A stretch of DNA of 64,000 nt from Octopus vulgaris (lineage: Eukaryota): assembly GCA_951406725.2 (NCBI GenBank), contig OX597827.1:66340001-66404000 (forward strand), written 5' to 3'. Positions 1 to 13,042 of the stretch are shown one piece after another. Under the pieces are notes generated by a model. That model searched no databases. It saw nothing but the letters and a program-made list of their open reading frames with translations, and was not told where the DNA came from. A program made the translations under genes and the position numbers. Numbering within the stretch: position 1 is the stretch's first letter; each line of letters begins with the position of its first letter.

Positions 1-630
1 TTTGGAGTTGCGTTTGATTGTCCCAACAGCCCATTTCTCCTACACTGTTCTTTGGTTATTCAAGATGTTCTTCATGTATTGTTTGAGGTTATATGTTTTT
101 GATTCGAGCAAGCTGAGAGCCGTCGAATTTATATGTGGCTGCTGGCAGTATTTTAGTTTGTTAACGTTCTTTATTGTTCTTTTTATGTTTCTTATAATCA
201 TTTTTTCTGCTTTGGGGAATTCTGCACTTAGTTTCTTTCACAGGTCTTTGTGGGGTGTGTTTCGCATATATATTTGTGAAAGTGTCAACAAAGATTTGGC
301 GATTTACTTTGATGCTGGAGGGTGTGTGTGCATGTGTGAAAGACCAGTCAACATGAGATAACTCGTTTATGATTGCGTTCCAGTCGGCATCGTCGAAATC
401 CATGGTATCAAATGGATGGTGTGGAGGGATATCATTACGCTTAGCTTTCAGCTAGTGGAATCTCAGTCACCGGTAGGTACATCGTTATGGATATACTTTA
501 TGTTGGATGTTTAAATGAACGCGGCCTGGGAGCAGATGGGAAACATGGTGATTTCCAGAATGACCTCAGGTCGAATAGAATGGACATTATGGTTGCCAGA
601 GAGTCCAAACTGAGTAGTCGATGGGGCTTT
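1..630 (-). mobile_element. Decayed LINE ORF2 fragment (endonuclease-RT linker region, CR1/L2/Jockey-like)
   Basis: ORF 161-403(-) reads DFDDADWNAIINELSHVDW...FVDTFTNIYAKHTPQR, like the ADW..L...DW...F......H.P linker of APE-type LINEs; boundaries approximate. Confidence 0.5.
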
Positions 631-639
631 TTCTCTTTA

Positions 640-957
640 TAAATATATATATATATATATGCGCAACAAATGTTAAATGCAAAAGGTGATAATCGTGGAA
701 AGCATGGTACGCATTTAAATAATATGAATTCTTAAGTTGCAAATATCTATGCGTAAGGGAATTGACACAGATGTATATCTACACGCGCAGTTACACACAC
801 ACACACATATATATATATATACATATATACATATGCACATATACATATATACAAGCATATATATATATATATATATATATATAAACACTTTCATATGTAT
901 ATATATATACATACATACATACATATATATATATAAACGCAAATATACATATTTATT

Positions 958-996
<39 letters not shown>

Positions 997-1016
997 ATAT
1001 ATATGTACACACATAC

Positions 1017-1084
<68 letters not shown>

Positions 1085-1524
1085 ATATATCAATATCTGT
1101 AAATATATATACATGTTTGTGTGTGTGTGTTCATATACATATTCTCGTAAACATTGAAAAATTCATATGGTTTGGGAGAAAAGTCTGATAAAGATCCCCA
1201 ATACACGATATTAAAAGTTTTCATTTATTCCCCATTTTTTTTTTTCAAGATTGTATGTTTTAGAAACAATTTCCATAAGATAAGATATGAGTGTTCCCTG
1301 TTATTTCCATATTGATAAAAATGATAAAACGGAATCATTTAAATATATTTTGTGCATGACATTATATGTACTTTCGCATCTTCTACTCTAATAGATGTAG
1401 ATGTATTATTTCTTATTTGTCCATCATGATACAATATTAAATTACATGTTTTATATATCTTGGACTCTCTCTCTCTCTCCCTCTCTCTTTCCCTCTCTCC
1501 CGGTATATATATATATATATATAA

Positions 1525-1567
<43 letters not shown>

Positions 1568-1880
1568 GATATATATACATATATATACACATATATATAT
1601 ACATATATATATACATATATATATATTTATATATATATATATACATATATATACATATATATATACATATATATACATACATATATATATATATACATAT
1701 ATGTATACACATATATATACATATAAATATATACATATATATATATATCTATATATCTATACATATATATATATATATATATATACATATATATACATAC
1801 ATATATATATACACATATATATATACATATATATATATATACATATAGATATATGTGTTGTGTGTATGTGTATGTGCTTG
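640..1880. repeat. Compound (TA)n/(CA)n/(TG)n/(CT)n microsatellite tracts (640-1140, 1465-1880)
   Basis: Directly visible dinucleotide and ATAC-type repeats; source of the YIYI ORFs. Confidence 0.95.
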
Positions 1881-2091
1881 TTTGTGTGTGCGTGAGAGCG
1901 TGTGTGTAAGTTTATATACTTACATGTGTTCATATATACATATTTGCATTTATGTATACATTTAATGATATCCATCTGTTCCATCCAATATTTTATGATT
2001 TTTTTATGCACACAACTATCTACAAATAATCTTAGAACCGTTGTTGGATTCGAGGGATTTCACCTGATATTTGATATCTATCGTCCCTCCC

Positions 2092-2151
<60 letters not shown>

Positions 2152-2371
2152 GATTTACCTATTAATTATTTTACGTTTTAATCTACATGGAGATCGACTA
2201 CACTCTTAGTTATTTTTATATATTTTTTATTATTTCCGAATATGCTATTTTCTTCTTATAAATATCATGTATTGAAAAGATTCATGCGAATTTTTCCTCT
2301 CAAAGCAGATGCGACGAATATTTTACTACAGAAGATGCTTTAATATTTAAAAAAAATGTATATATGTATAT

Positions 2372-2412
<41 letters not shown>

Positions 2413-2834
2413 GATACGCTTTATGTTGGATGTTTATATATATGACTCTTTATCCTTGTATCTAACTACCAAGATAGATAGATATATAGATAGATATATA
2501 GATAGATATATAGATAGATTAAATGACAGTTGGCTGCATGGACAGATGGCTTGATACTTGTGTGTGTAACATATATATTATATATATGCTTGTCTGTGTG
2601 TGTGTGTGTCTGTGAGTATGTGTGTATCTGTTCATTATCGGTTCGATTTTATAAGCTGATTGCCTTTCATGTCGGTTATGAGAATTTTACGCAGTATTAT
2701 TTTCTTGGAATATAACTGATAGGTAAATATGCACTTCTTATTCACATTGCGTTAACGTTGTCTCAACTATCTTTCTATTATCCATCCCTATAATACATAT
2801 GTCTGCTTTGGGGTCTGTAATGATATGGAATTCT

Positions 2835-3226
2835 CAGCAAATGATATTGCTTATCAAATTGAATGGGAAATGAGTCGGTCTCGTGGTACACATGGATGAC
2901 AATCGGTTACCTAAAGTTTTCTTATATAGTTAGCTTTGCTATGATAACAGTCACAATGTTTGTCCGACTGTCTAAAAGCCTGCTTGAAAATGTGCAACTA
3001 TATCCGATCCCATGAGAATCCGAAGCACTGATAAAGGGCTCAATGGAGAATCTCTTGTAAATAAGTCATATCCGACTTTGGAGAAGCGATGATCAACACG
3101 CTGAAGGAGAGAGACGATATCAGCGTAGAACCAATCTAGCCCAAATGGCGGAGACTATCATTTTGATGTCTGCAACAAGATCTGAAAAATACGAATAGGT
3201 TTGAATTCTCATATGTGACGACATGT
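2835..3226 (+). mobile_element. RTE-clade LINE ORF2 C-terminal fragment (decayed)
   Basis: Manual translation across stops/frameshifts: *VGLVVHMDDNRLPKVFLYS*L ... DCLKACLK ... ESEALIRAQWR ... DVCNKI*KIRIGLNSHM*RH, matching the RTE WAGHVVRM.D.RLPK motif and the terminal C..C...RIGL.SH...H motif. Confidence 0.8.
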
Positions 3227-3299
3227 CTAAACATTAAACACAGAACATTGTGAAGCTGTGTGTAGCTGGATTCTGAATCGTCATGTGTCAGTATTTAGA

Positions 3300-3760
3300 T
3301 CTGGTTTACAAGAAAAAGTCATCCGACTATATATTTTCGCTCGTAAATTCCAATTCCATTTCGAAGAATCATTCACTAAGTTTGACCGTCGACGGTTATC
3401 AATTCTCACACGTCTACAATACTCTATCAAATACACCAAATCCCAAATATCATCCAAATCTATGTTAGTTTTCTTTCCGACTTGGCTTTTGAAGGAATCC
3501 TCCACATTCGAGTCCCTTTGGAAGATTTCCGCTTTCTAATCTGCATCTTTATTTTTCTGGAAGAATTGAGCATATCGACTGCTGTATCAAGTCAGAGCAC
3601 CCATGTTTTCTTTATGAAGAATCTTCAGCTCGACCAGAATTACCATTTTATTTTTCCATTCAAACAATTTATGGTTTCTCTGATAGTGATGGGGGAGGAT
3701 TCTTTGCTACTCAGTCAAATATGAAGCCATGTCTTCCAGACAATTCCAGCTTCGATCGTT
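3300..3760 (-). mobile_element. Highly decayed RLE-endonuclease LINE C-terminus (HERO/NeSL-like)
   Basis: Minus-strand translation: EKP*IV ... VILVELKILHKENM ... SSKWNWNLRAK, parallel to KPDILV/VNLVELTVPHEDNM/NHWIWLKR of the 4725-5230 copy. Confidence 0.5.
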
Positions 3761-4724
3761 CATAGGAACATTTTTGTTTTAGCAGATCTACTATCTTATA
3801 TATTCTCGATCAAATATACAAGATCCCAAAGATCATGTTTGTGTATATATATATACTTTTACTGCTTATTAGTATAGCAACTGTTCAAGGCGGGACTTTC
3901 GCAAAACCGATGCATGAGTAATTTATCTGACATTTCTTTTCCTTATCGTACTTCTGCTATTCCAAAACCCTGATTTGTGCCTAATTTAGCTGTTATTTCT
4001 CACCATTATGCAATCAATTTCACCTGCACTTGTTCGCATACGATGGTCTGTTATAAACTTAGGGTATAAGAATTTATACCGCTTAATTCTATGTAGTTTG
4101 CGAGTTGACTTCAACTGCATTTACATACAACATCGACACACATTCTTACGTTGTATACAGTTAAATACCTTTAATATATAATGCATGAACCTGGTTCCTT
4201 TGTATCACAGGGAAATGCGGACAGCAAGTGACTAAATAGTGTGCATTGCTTAGTTACGTCGCATTTCATCGAGTGTTTTGTAGAATCTATCTATTATATT
4301 TCTAACATTGACTTATTTAAGTTCCAATTACAAGCAGTTGTGTGTCTTTGTTTTGTTACAAATATAAAAATGTATATATCTATCTATGAATGTTTAAAAG
4401 TCAAATCATCAGTTTTAAATTACTGGCTGAATGGATGTAATGCAATATCCGTTCACAGCGCCTCCAGGATCGGTGATTATGACGGAGTAATGAATGTAAG
4501 TATCCGGAACCCACATAGAATTGCACCGATATACTACCATTTTGCTGGACTGAGACAAACTTACTGTACGGCCATTATTAAAAGCAACAGATTGTGTGTG
4601 ACTTTCAGGATTTTATTTTTAGATAGCGAAGTGAACATCCATTCTCGGAATTAAAAGTGATATGTAAAATATCCCTAGATTAGGCATAGATCTGTGCATT
4701 TTATTTCGATACTAAGATCGTTAT

Positions 4725-5230
4725 ATTCTTTCCCATAACAGTTACGAAAAAACCGGACATTTTGGTTCGGTGTGAAAGAATGAAAGTTGTAAATCTAGTC
4801 GAGTTAACGGTTCCTCATGAAGATAACATGGACACCGCTCGGGATCGAAAGATTGACCGTTATATAAACCTCATCGAGGAATGTGAAGGCGTAGGCTGGA
4901 AAGCGGAACATTTTCCAATCGAAGTTGGATGTAGAGAGTTTGTTGCACACAGTGTGAGACGACTGTTGTTATCGTTAGGCCTAACTCATCGTAAAATCAA
5001 TACCACTTTGACAGATATACAAACTACAGTGTAGAAGGTTAACCACTGGATTTGGTTAAAAAGAGACGATGAGCAATTGATAGAGAACTATTGAGCTTTA
5101 TTTGATAACCAGTTGATTGAGCAAGCGGGGCCTCATATCAGTGATGGGGTTAGGGTTAGGCTGGTGCGCAATGATGATGTCGAGAGGTAGGCCCCGAAAC
5201 AGTGCGCATTCTCTCTTGATGACCCCATAC
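4725..5230 (+). mobile_element. 5'-truncated RLE-type non-LTR retrotransposon 3' end (HERO/NeSL-like) with 3'UTR
   Basis: FPITVTKKPDILVRCERMKVVNLVELTVPHEDNMDTARDRKIDRY...FPIEVGCREFV...*KVNHWIWLKRDD: PD-(D/E)xK restriction-like endonuclease with one internal stop, followed by a structured-looking 3'UTR. Confidence 0.85.
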
Positions 5231-6240
5231 ACTTGCTGGCTTCCAGTATACGAAGCTCTCGACTAGTAGCACTTGCATGTGCAAGTTATATGCAAGACAA
5301 CAGTGGTATAAGGGTTCATGTCATATATACTCTCAATATATATTTCGAATTCGGTATAATGTTTCATTTGAAAGTTATGTATTCAAGATATATCATTTCC
5401 CTTCAGACAATATGTTTATTAATTACGCTTTCAATAGGTACCTAATATACACTATTTTCATTTGTCTATGTGTCAATTATACACGCTTAAACTAATCACA
5501 GTCTCATACTGGAAACAGTTTTATTGAGCTATTTTGAACATATTTTATTTTTCTAATAACACATCGAAGATAATTATTCCAAGAGCGTTATTCAAATAAC
5601 AACTATATTTATTTGATATTTTTGGCTTTTATTTATGTTTTTTTGGCGTGTTGTCTGATCAGATATAGTCAAAGTTATTTAAATGTTCAAGTACATAATA
5701 CAATATCGGTAATATTCGTTCGCTTTTGAGCAAAGAGTCACTTTACTGAACTATAAAGACAAAAATGAAAATAAAACTTCAAAAGCGAAGATCATATTAT
5801 TATTAATAACAGTTATGTTCGCATTGAAAAAAAAACACTAATGTATATGAATTGAGTTAATTATCGAAAATATTCGAATATCTCAAACAGTAGACGCTAA
5901 TATAAAATTGAAGGAAATGATAAAGCACCGGAGACTATGCACTGAGATTTTTAGTTGCGAACGTTGACTTTCAGAGATCAAATCCTCTCGGAGCTGACGT
6001 TAATTGTCATAATTCCATGGTAGATTAAACATTTTTTTTTTTAGGTATTTATATCTTTCCACAATCGATGAGAGAGCTATCTTCTAGAAAATGTTTCAGT
6101 TACCCTAATTATAAAATTGATATCATTACAATTAATTTCATTGCCATGCCGTATTGTATATGACAACGGAATTCTCTCTCAGAATGTGTGTGAATCTGAT
6201 TCGAGCAAAATTCCAATCGAATATTCTCTTTATAAGTTTA

Positions 6241-6650
6241 CCAGCAGCTAAGCCCGGCTTCATCCGGTCAGTTTGGATGATGTGGCTGTGATCGTTTTCG
6301 GTTAGGCATAATCTATAACAGCGTTTGTCAACCTTATCATTCCGGGTCCCATGATTCGATTAGAACCCCCAGATATATGAAAATTTCCTAACCCCCTCCC
6401 TCCGTCAGAAAACAGCTCCTAAGCAACTGGTTGTTTTAATGGCAAAAGAAAAGGAAATTCCATGAGAAAAAGTTTTAATCGATTTTCTCGGTACGTATGG
6501 GACTTAGGAAGAAATACAAACTGCACTCCAATCTATGCACCTGTCGCCTCATGTGCGACATTTTTCATGCAAATCCACCCAGCCGTTTTGCTGTGAACCT
6601 CAAGACAAAAAAGAATAGAACGATCGCCCATGTCCAATTTATATTATAGA
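6241..6650 (-). mobile_element. Non-autonomous Helitron
   Basis: Minus strand starts A|TCTATAATAT at 6650 and ends CTGG|T at 6241 (CTRR), with subterminal hairpin CCGG-cttcat-CCGG (~6254-6267); A|T target, no TSD. Confidence 0.75.
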
Positions 6651-6654
6651 TAAT

Positions 6655-6960
6655 CACGTGATCACGTGACCGACCAGACCATCAGATGTTGTTACACATC
6701 GCTGGTCACAATGCGTTCGCATTGTTTTAGCCTTCGAATGACGCCACCCCGCTGGCTAAGCGAGCAGGCCAACAGAAGAAAGGGTGGGAGAAAGAGTGGT
6801 GAAAGAGTATACAGCACGGATCACCACCCCCTGCCGGAGCCTCGTGGAGCTTTTAAGTGTTTTCGCTCAATAAACACACACAACGCCCGGTCTGGGAATC
6901 GAAACCGCGATCCTGCGACCGCGAGTCCGCTGTCCTAACCACTAGGCCATTGCGCCTCCA
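6655..6960 (-). mobile_element. tRNA(Arg)-derived SINE, family B (octopus OR-like)
   Basis: Minus head GGAGGCGCAATGGCCTAGTGGTTAGG...CTCGCG...GGTTTCGATTCC with A/B boxes; TSD TTATAGATAAT at 6644-6654 and 6961-6971. Confidence 0.9.
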
Positions 6961-7949
6961 TTATAGATAATAATAATTACTATTATTGTTTAGTATCATT
7001 TACGCTGTTGAGATTGCAAAATCATTAGTAGGTCCACCAAAATGTTTAGCAGCGTTCTTTTCGGTTCTCTAGCACTATCATGTCAAATTCGATTTTACAT
7101 GGTCTTGTATCAAAATTAGAAACGAATATTAATTATAATAACATATGAAAATACTATCAAATATACATGTGTACAGCTGCATATATTATAGAATATTGGT
7201 AACACTAGTAGTGAGACAAGGAAAATCAATTTACAGTGCTACCAATAATACATTAATCACCATATTTTCATATATATATATATATATAAGTATAAATACA
7301 TACATATACATACACGTACAAACACGCACACATACACTCATATGTATAAGGCGAAAATTAATGCCATTTGGTTGCTTTCTGCATTATTAAGTAATTAAAT
7401 CAATTTGAATAAATCAACAACAGCAGATCGCTATTTATGCAAATCGAACTAATTGGTTGAGCAAACGTACCACATTTAGCGTCTTTATGGCGACATATTT
7501 CTTCCATTAGTAGAACGAATGTTATTCTATGCCAGATGAGAATCAAATGAAATTGAAATCACTCAGGTAAGACCATATCCTATGTCCGTGCATTTGAAAG
7601 AAAATTATGCATGCTTACAATTGTAATAATGATAATAACAACAACAAAAAAACACAGAGAAGCGCTCCTGTTGTTTTAGAAAACGATGTTTATATTTTGG
7701 CACACGGCAGATATCATAATAAACGGAAGCTTCCCTATTGTTGGGGGAGGGGAGGGAGTAATATTAATATTCAATAATTTTTTCTGTTTATTTTTCTCTC
7801 TTTCTCTAGGAATTTTTACAGACATAAACACTTATATAAATGCACACACACATATATTCATGCATACATACATACATACATGCAGACGTGTGTATGTGTG
7901 TATGTTTACGTATATATATATATATATATATATATATCCATGATATTTC

Positions 7950-8360
7950 ATAGGAGTGGCTGTGTGGTAAGTAGCTTGCTTACCAACCACATGGTTCCGG
8001 ATTCAGTCCCACCGCGTGTCACATTGGGCAAGTGTCTGCTGCTATAGCCTCGGGCCGACCAAAGTCTTGTGAGTGGATTTGGTAGACGGAAAGTGAAAAA
8101 AAGCCCATCGTATATACGTTAATATGTATGTGTATATGTAAGTGTGTGTATATTTGTGTCTGTGTTTGTCCCCCAGCTATGACAACTGATGCTGGTGTGT
8201 TTACGTACCCGTTACTTACATTCAAAGGCAAAAGTGACCGATAGAATAAGTACTAGGCGTACAAAGAATAAGTCCTGGGGCCGATTTCCTCGATTAAAAG
8301 CCGGTGCTCCAGCATGGCCGCAGTGAAATGACTGAAACAAGTAAAAGAGTAAAAGAGTAA
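7950..8360 (+). mobile_element. tRNA-derived SINE, family A (full length)
   Basis: Head GGAGTGGCTGTGTGGTAAG...GATTCAGTCCC, internal TA/TG tract, tail GGTGCTCCAGCATGGCCGCAG...TGACTGAAACAAGT(AAAAGAGT)n; many homologues in the window. Confidence 0.9.
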
Positions 8361-9289
8361 GGAAGCAAGGAAAAATGTAGCGAACAGAAGAAGGCGAGAG
8401 AGTAAAGCAGCGATAAAGAGAGAAGAAAAAGCGACTAATACTGAGGAGAAAAAGAAGGAGAAACAATTCAGTAAAACAGATCAGTGTCCAGCAGTCATAT
8501 AAAGTGATGGAGTATGTTTATATGGTTGCACAGAAAGAAAGTGATACGATTGGCCTTCAACGCACTGATGCATCGCTAACGTACTTTTACACACATGTAC
8601 AAGCGACCTGACGTACGCTCACGGTCGGACATATTGGTATACATGTAACCCTTGAAGCAAACTTCCAAATACACACCATTGTACATGTGTACTACATATA
8701 ATTATATTATTTCGGCTTAGAATCTCCATCCTTATAATTCTGAGTTAACCGCAACTAAACGTAACTGCATTGTTATTGAAATGTTTATTTAATCTGTGTC
8801 GAAATGGAGAAATACTTTCGTTTAGGAATAACAAATCCGAAGCTATGCTGCTGGACAGATTTAGATTATTGCATTGGATGTTTCTAATACTAAAGCTAAA
8901 ATCGCCCCCTTTTAAGTGTGGTATGATAATAGAGTGAAGCTACTCGGTTGAAAATTGCCAGTGTAAGGGCAAGCAGGTTATATACAAAATTACGTTATCC
9001 ATTTTACGTGTCTGAATACATTCTGAGTTGGTTTGGAATATTTACTAATGTAAATGGTTTCGAAGTTGGATTTATGGTATGCGTAAATGCATGTTGGCGA
9101 ACAAATGTAGTGTTACGTCTAAACACTTTTTTTGTATCTATATTAGGTTTTACTGGGTTCTTATTGTCAAAATATTTAAACATACAAATCTAAGATTTTT
9201 CTCCATTTCAGGTTTTATGCGTTTCAGCAGACGAATCTCCGGACTCTTGCGTCATATTTCTGTCGATTGTAAATTGAGCACTCGGTTTA

Positions 9290-9585
9290 GGACGTCGAGT
9301 ATTGTAGGTCATTCGACTGAAGGAGCAGGCTGGTCGTAAAATTTACGTTTAAGTACTTGATCATGTCAAAGACACGCGTGCCTTTCACATAATCCCCAGG
9401 GGAATTCAGTGTGATACACAATATGATAAATATGCCCTTTGAATTACAGGCACAACACACGTTTGCTAGTTGAGTGAACTGGGGCAACGGGGAAACAGTT
9501 TCTTGCTCATAAACACGACGCACTCGAGAAATCGAAATCAAAGTCCGGTCGCCAGTCGAATACGCCTGACTACTAAACCGTCACA
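9290..9585 (-). mobile_element. Degenerate SINE, family C
   Basis: Reverse complement aligns by eye with 25198-25528. Confidence 0.7.
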
Positions 9586-11055
9586 GTGATTGCGATGTAT
9601 TTACCTGACGAAATAACTACAACAACCATTGTTAAATACAATTCTATCGACTGAAAGTGACACAAGTCTTATCTTCTTTCCGTTTAAGAGTTCTGCTTTT
9701 CCTTTTTTATATACCCTCTGATACTTTCTCCCATCTTTTTCCCCAGAAGATGACCAGAAGATATGTTACTAGGCAGAAACTCATACCCAAGACACAAGTG
9801 TATGAAAGCCATTGTCTTAAATGCAAATTTTAAGAGAATTTTACATTAATTTAAAATCTAAATTTCGATCATTGAAAATTGTATACGCTGTGAAAAAAAC
9901 ATTTAGATATAGAGAAAATACAATATAGAAGAGAACTAAAATTAAATCACACTCTAATTTTTAGGTTCAAACACGGCAGAATTCATTCAGGAATTAGGGA
10001 AAAAGACTTTAAAATGTTGGAGTAGAAGAGAAAAGAGGTTGAATATAAGTGAGAAAGTGGGGATGGAATCAACAAAAAAGAAAGAGGCATGTTCTCTATC
10101 TGAACGATTCGATTCTTGATGCAAGTATATTACAATAAAAAAGAATATCCATAAATACATGCATATGATCGTCGTTTACCGTCCATTTTCGAAGCTGGGA
10201 TGGTGTCTACGATTGAATGTCTTATCTAACGCCAACTGCTTAACTATGAGGTTTTACGTGCAACAACGCAAGCAAAATCACCAAGTAACTGGCAAGGCGC
10301 AGAATCTTCATATAAGATGGGGGGGGGTTATTGCAGGAGTTGGTTTTGTGTCAGGCGATAAATTGCTAAACGGGGTGGGGGAGGGCAGAAAGGGTTCACA
10401 TTCTGTAGTCGGAGAAAGATCGTGAGAAGATTCTAGTGGAGATGTGCCAGTGCTTTACGAGCAGCTGAATGTAAGCTGGGTGGTACAGAAAACAGGGTTA
10501 GTGAGTAGGGGTTCACGAAAGAGAAATAGGAGAGCGAGGGAAATGAGAGGCGAAGGAAGAGGCAATGAATGGTGAACATGGGAATAAAGGGGAACAGAAG
10601 GTTAGCAATGATACAATTGTCAGGGAAGGACAGGAGAGATAGATGACAAAATGGCTTGGGCTGCAGAGAATGAGGGAGAAACAAGCGTAGTGCACGATGT
10701 TTTGTAGCTTGGTTCATTAATATGGGATGGGGAATGTGGGTAACATATTGGTGGAGTACCCACATTTCTCAGCGCTTCCAGTACTCAGTTTCCTTGACGT
10801 AGGCGGGTTTTCTCATGAATCACAAACCGCCAGACATATCCTCCGTGAGACCCAACATCTTGAGATTGCCCCCACTACGGCATCCCTCGACTCCTTCTGT
10901 CTCCCACTCCGGTCTGTGTTGTCCATTTTAACCGCTCACCATTTGTATATGCATCTCACTCCCGTGGTTTACTCTAACCCTACTGTGTATATATATGTGT
11001 AAAGGAAAAATGTTAGATTTCTTTTTACTACTACCGTATATGTTCAACCCTATAT

Positions 11056-12725
11056 ATGTGTCGGCATTCTTTTTGATCTCTGTCGGTACCCTCTTTGATC
11101 TCTGTCGGCACCCTCTTTTATCTTTGTCGGCACCCTCTTTGATCTCTTTCGGAACCCTCTTTGATCTTTGTCGGCACCCATCTTTAATCTTTGTCGGCAC
11201 CCCTCTTTGATCTTTGTCGGCACCCTTCTTTGATCTCTGTCGGCACCCCTCTTTGATCTTTGTCGGTACCCTTCTTTGATCTTTGTCGGCACCCTCTTTG
11301 ATCTCTGTCGACACACTCTTTGATCTCTGTCGGCACCCTCTTCGATCTCTGTCGGTACCCTCTTTGATCCCCTTAGGCACCCTCTTTGATCTCTGTCGGC
11401 ACCCTCTTTGATCTCTGTCGGTACCCCTCATTGATCTCTGTCGGCACCCTCTTTGATGTATTTCGGAACCCTCTTTGATATTTGTCGGCACCCCTCTTTA
11501 ATCTTTGTCGGCACCCTCTTTGATCTCTGTCGGCACCCCCTTTGATCTCTGTCGGCATCCCACTTTGGTCTCTGTCGGCACCCCCTTTGATCTCTGTCGG
11601 CACCCTCTTTGATGTATTTCGGAACCCTCTTTGATATTTGTCGGCACCCCTCTTTAATCTTTGTCGGCACCCTCTTTGATCTCTGTCGGCACCCCCTTTG
11701 ATCTCTGTCGGCATCCCACTTTGGTCTCTGTCGGCACCCCCATTGATCTCTGTCGGCACCCCTCTTTGATCTCTGTCGGCACCACCTTTGATCTCTGTCG
11801 ACACCCCCTTTGATCTTTGTGGGCACCCTCTTTGATCTTTGTCGGCACCCTCTTTGATCTTTGTCGGCACCCTCTTTGATCTCTGTCGGCACCCACTTTG
11901 ATATCTGTCCTCACCCACTTTGATCTCTGTCGGCACCCCTTTGATCTATGTCGGCACCCCTCTTTGACCTCTGTCGGCACACTTCTTTGATCTATGTCGG
12001 CACCCCTTTGATCTCTGTCGGCACCCCTCTTTGATCTCTGTCGACACACCTCTTTGATCTATGTCGGCACCCCCCTTTGATCTATGTCGGCACCCCGCTT
12101 TGATCTCTGTCGGCACCCCCTTTGATCTCTTTTCGCACCCCTTTTGATCTCTGTCGGCTCCCTCTTTGATCTATATCGGCGCCCTCTTTGATCTCTGTCG
12201 GCACCCCCTTTGATCTCTTTCGGCAACCTCTTTGATCTCTGTCGGCACCCTCTTTGATCTCTGTCGGCACCCCCTTTGATCTCTTTCGGCAACCCTTTGA
12301 TCTCTGTCGGCACCCCTTTGATCTCTGTCGTCACCCTTTTGATCTCTGTCGGCACCCCTCTTTGATCTCGCTGATCTCTGTCGGCACACCTATTTGATCT
12401 CTGTCGGCACTCTTCTTTGATCTCTGTCGACACACCTCTTTGATCTATGTCGGCACCCCCCCTTTGATCTCTGTCGACACCCCTCTTTGATCTCTGTCGG
12501 TACCCCCTTTGATCTCTGTCGACACCCCTCTTTGATCTCTTTCGGTACCCCTCTGATCTATGTCGGCACCCCCTTTGATCTCTTTTCGCACCCCTTTTGA
12601 TCTCTGTCGGCTCCCTCTTTGAGCTATATCGGCGCCCTCTTTGATCTCTGTCGGCACCCCCTTTGATATCTGTCGGCACCCTCTTTCATCTCTTCTCTGA
12701 CTCCTCTTTGATCTTTTTCGGCACA
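11056..12725. repeat. Minisatellite, ~22-23-bp unit TCTTTGATCTCTGTCGGCACCC(C), about 75 copies
   Basis: Contiguous tandem units with no spacers; internal multi-unit duplications. Confidence 0.97.
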
Positions 12726-12904
12726 ACCGTACCCTTCTTATTGACTCAATTTTTTTCAATTCATACAAGACAGATGCCCAAACGCAAACCTGGAAATACA
12801 TACTACTACTGGAAAGCACAGTTTAAATGTGAAAGTGGACGAGCGAGCTTTATACTGTATTCTACTATGTTCTTAACAGAATATACTATAATTATATATA
12901 TACA

Positions 12905-13023
12905 TATATAAGACGGGCTTCTTACTGTTTATGTCAACCAGATATACTCACAAGTCCTTAGCAGGAGACACTTGCCGAAGGTGTCACGCAATAGTACTGA
13001 ACCCAGAACCATGTGGTTGGGAA
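12905..13023 (-). mobile_element. SINE family A, 5' fragment
   Basis: gacgggcttctt...agacacttgcc...gaaccatgtggttgg matches the reverse of family A. Confidence 0.8.
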
Positions 13024-13042
13024 TAGTATATATTTATATATA

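Noticed and set aside
3870-4240. Additional degenerate Helitron
   Set aside because: Termini and hairpin could not be verified.
5146-5160. Interstitial telomere
   Set aside because: Only about two TTAGGG units, inside a LINE 3'UTR.
6880-6960. tRNA-Arg gene (also tRNA-like heads at ~25200 and ~32790)
   Set aside because: tRNA-like heads are continuous with SINE bodies and flanked by TSDs.
11056-12725. CRISPR array or repetitive protein gene (R/K/G-rich ORFs)
   Set aside because: Units are contiguous with no unique spacers and there are no cas genes; 22/23-bp units shift frame constantly.
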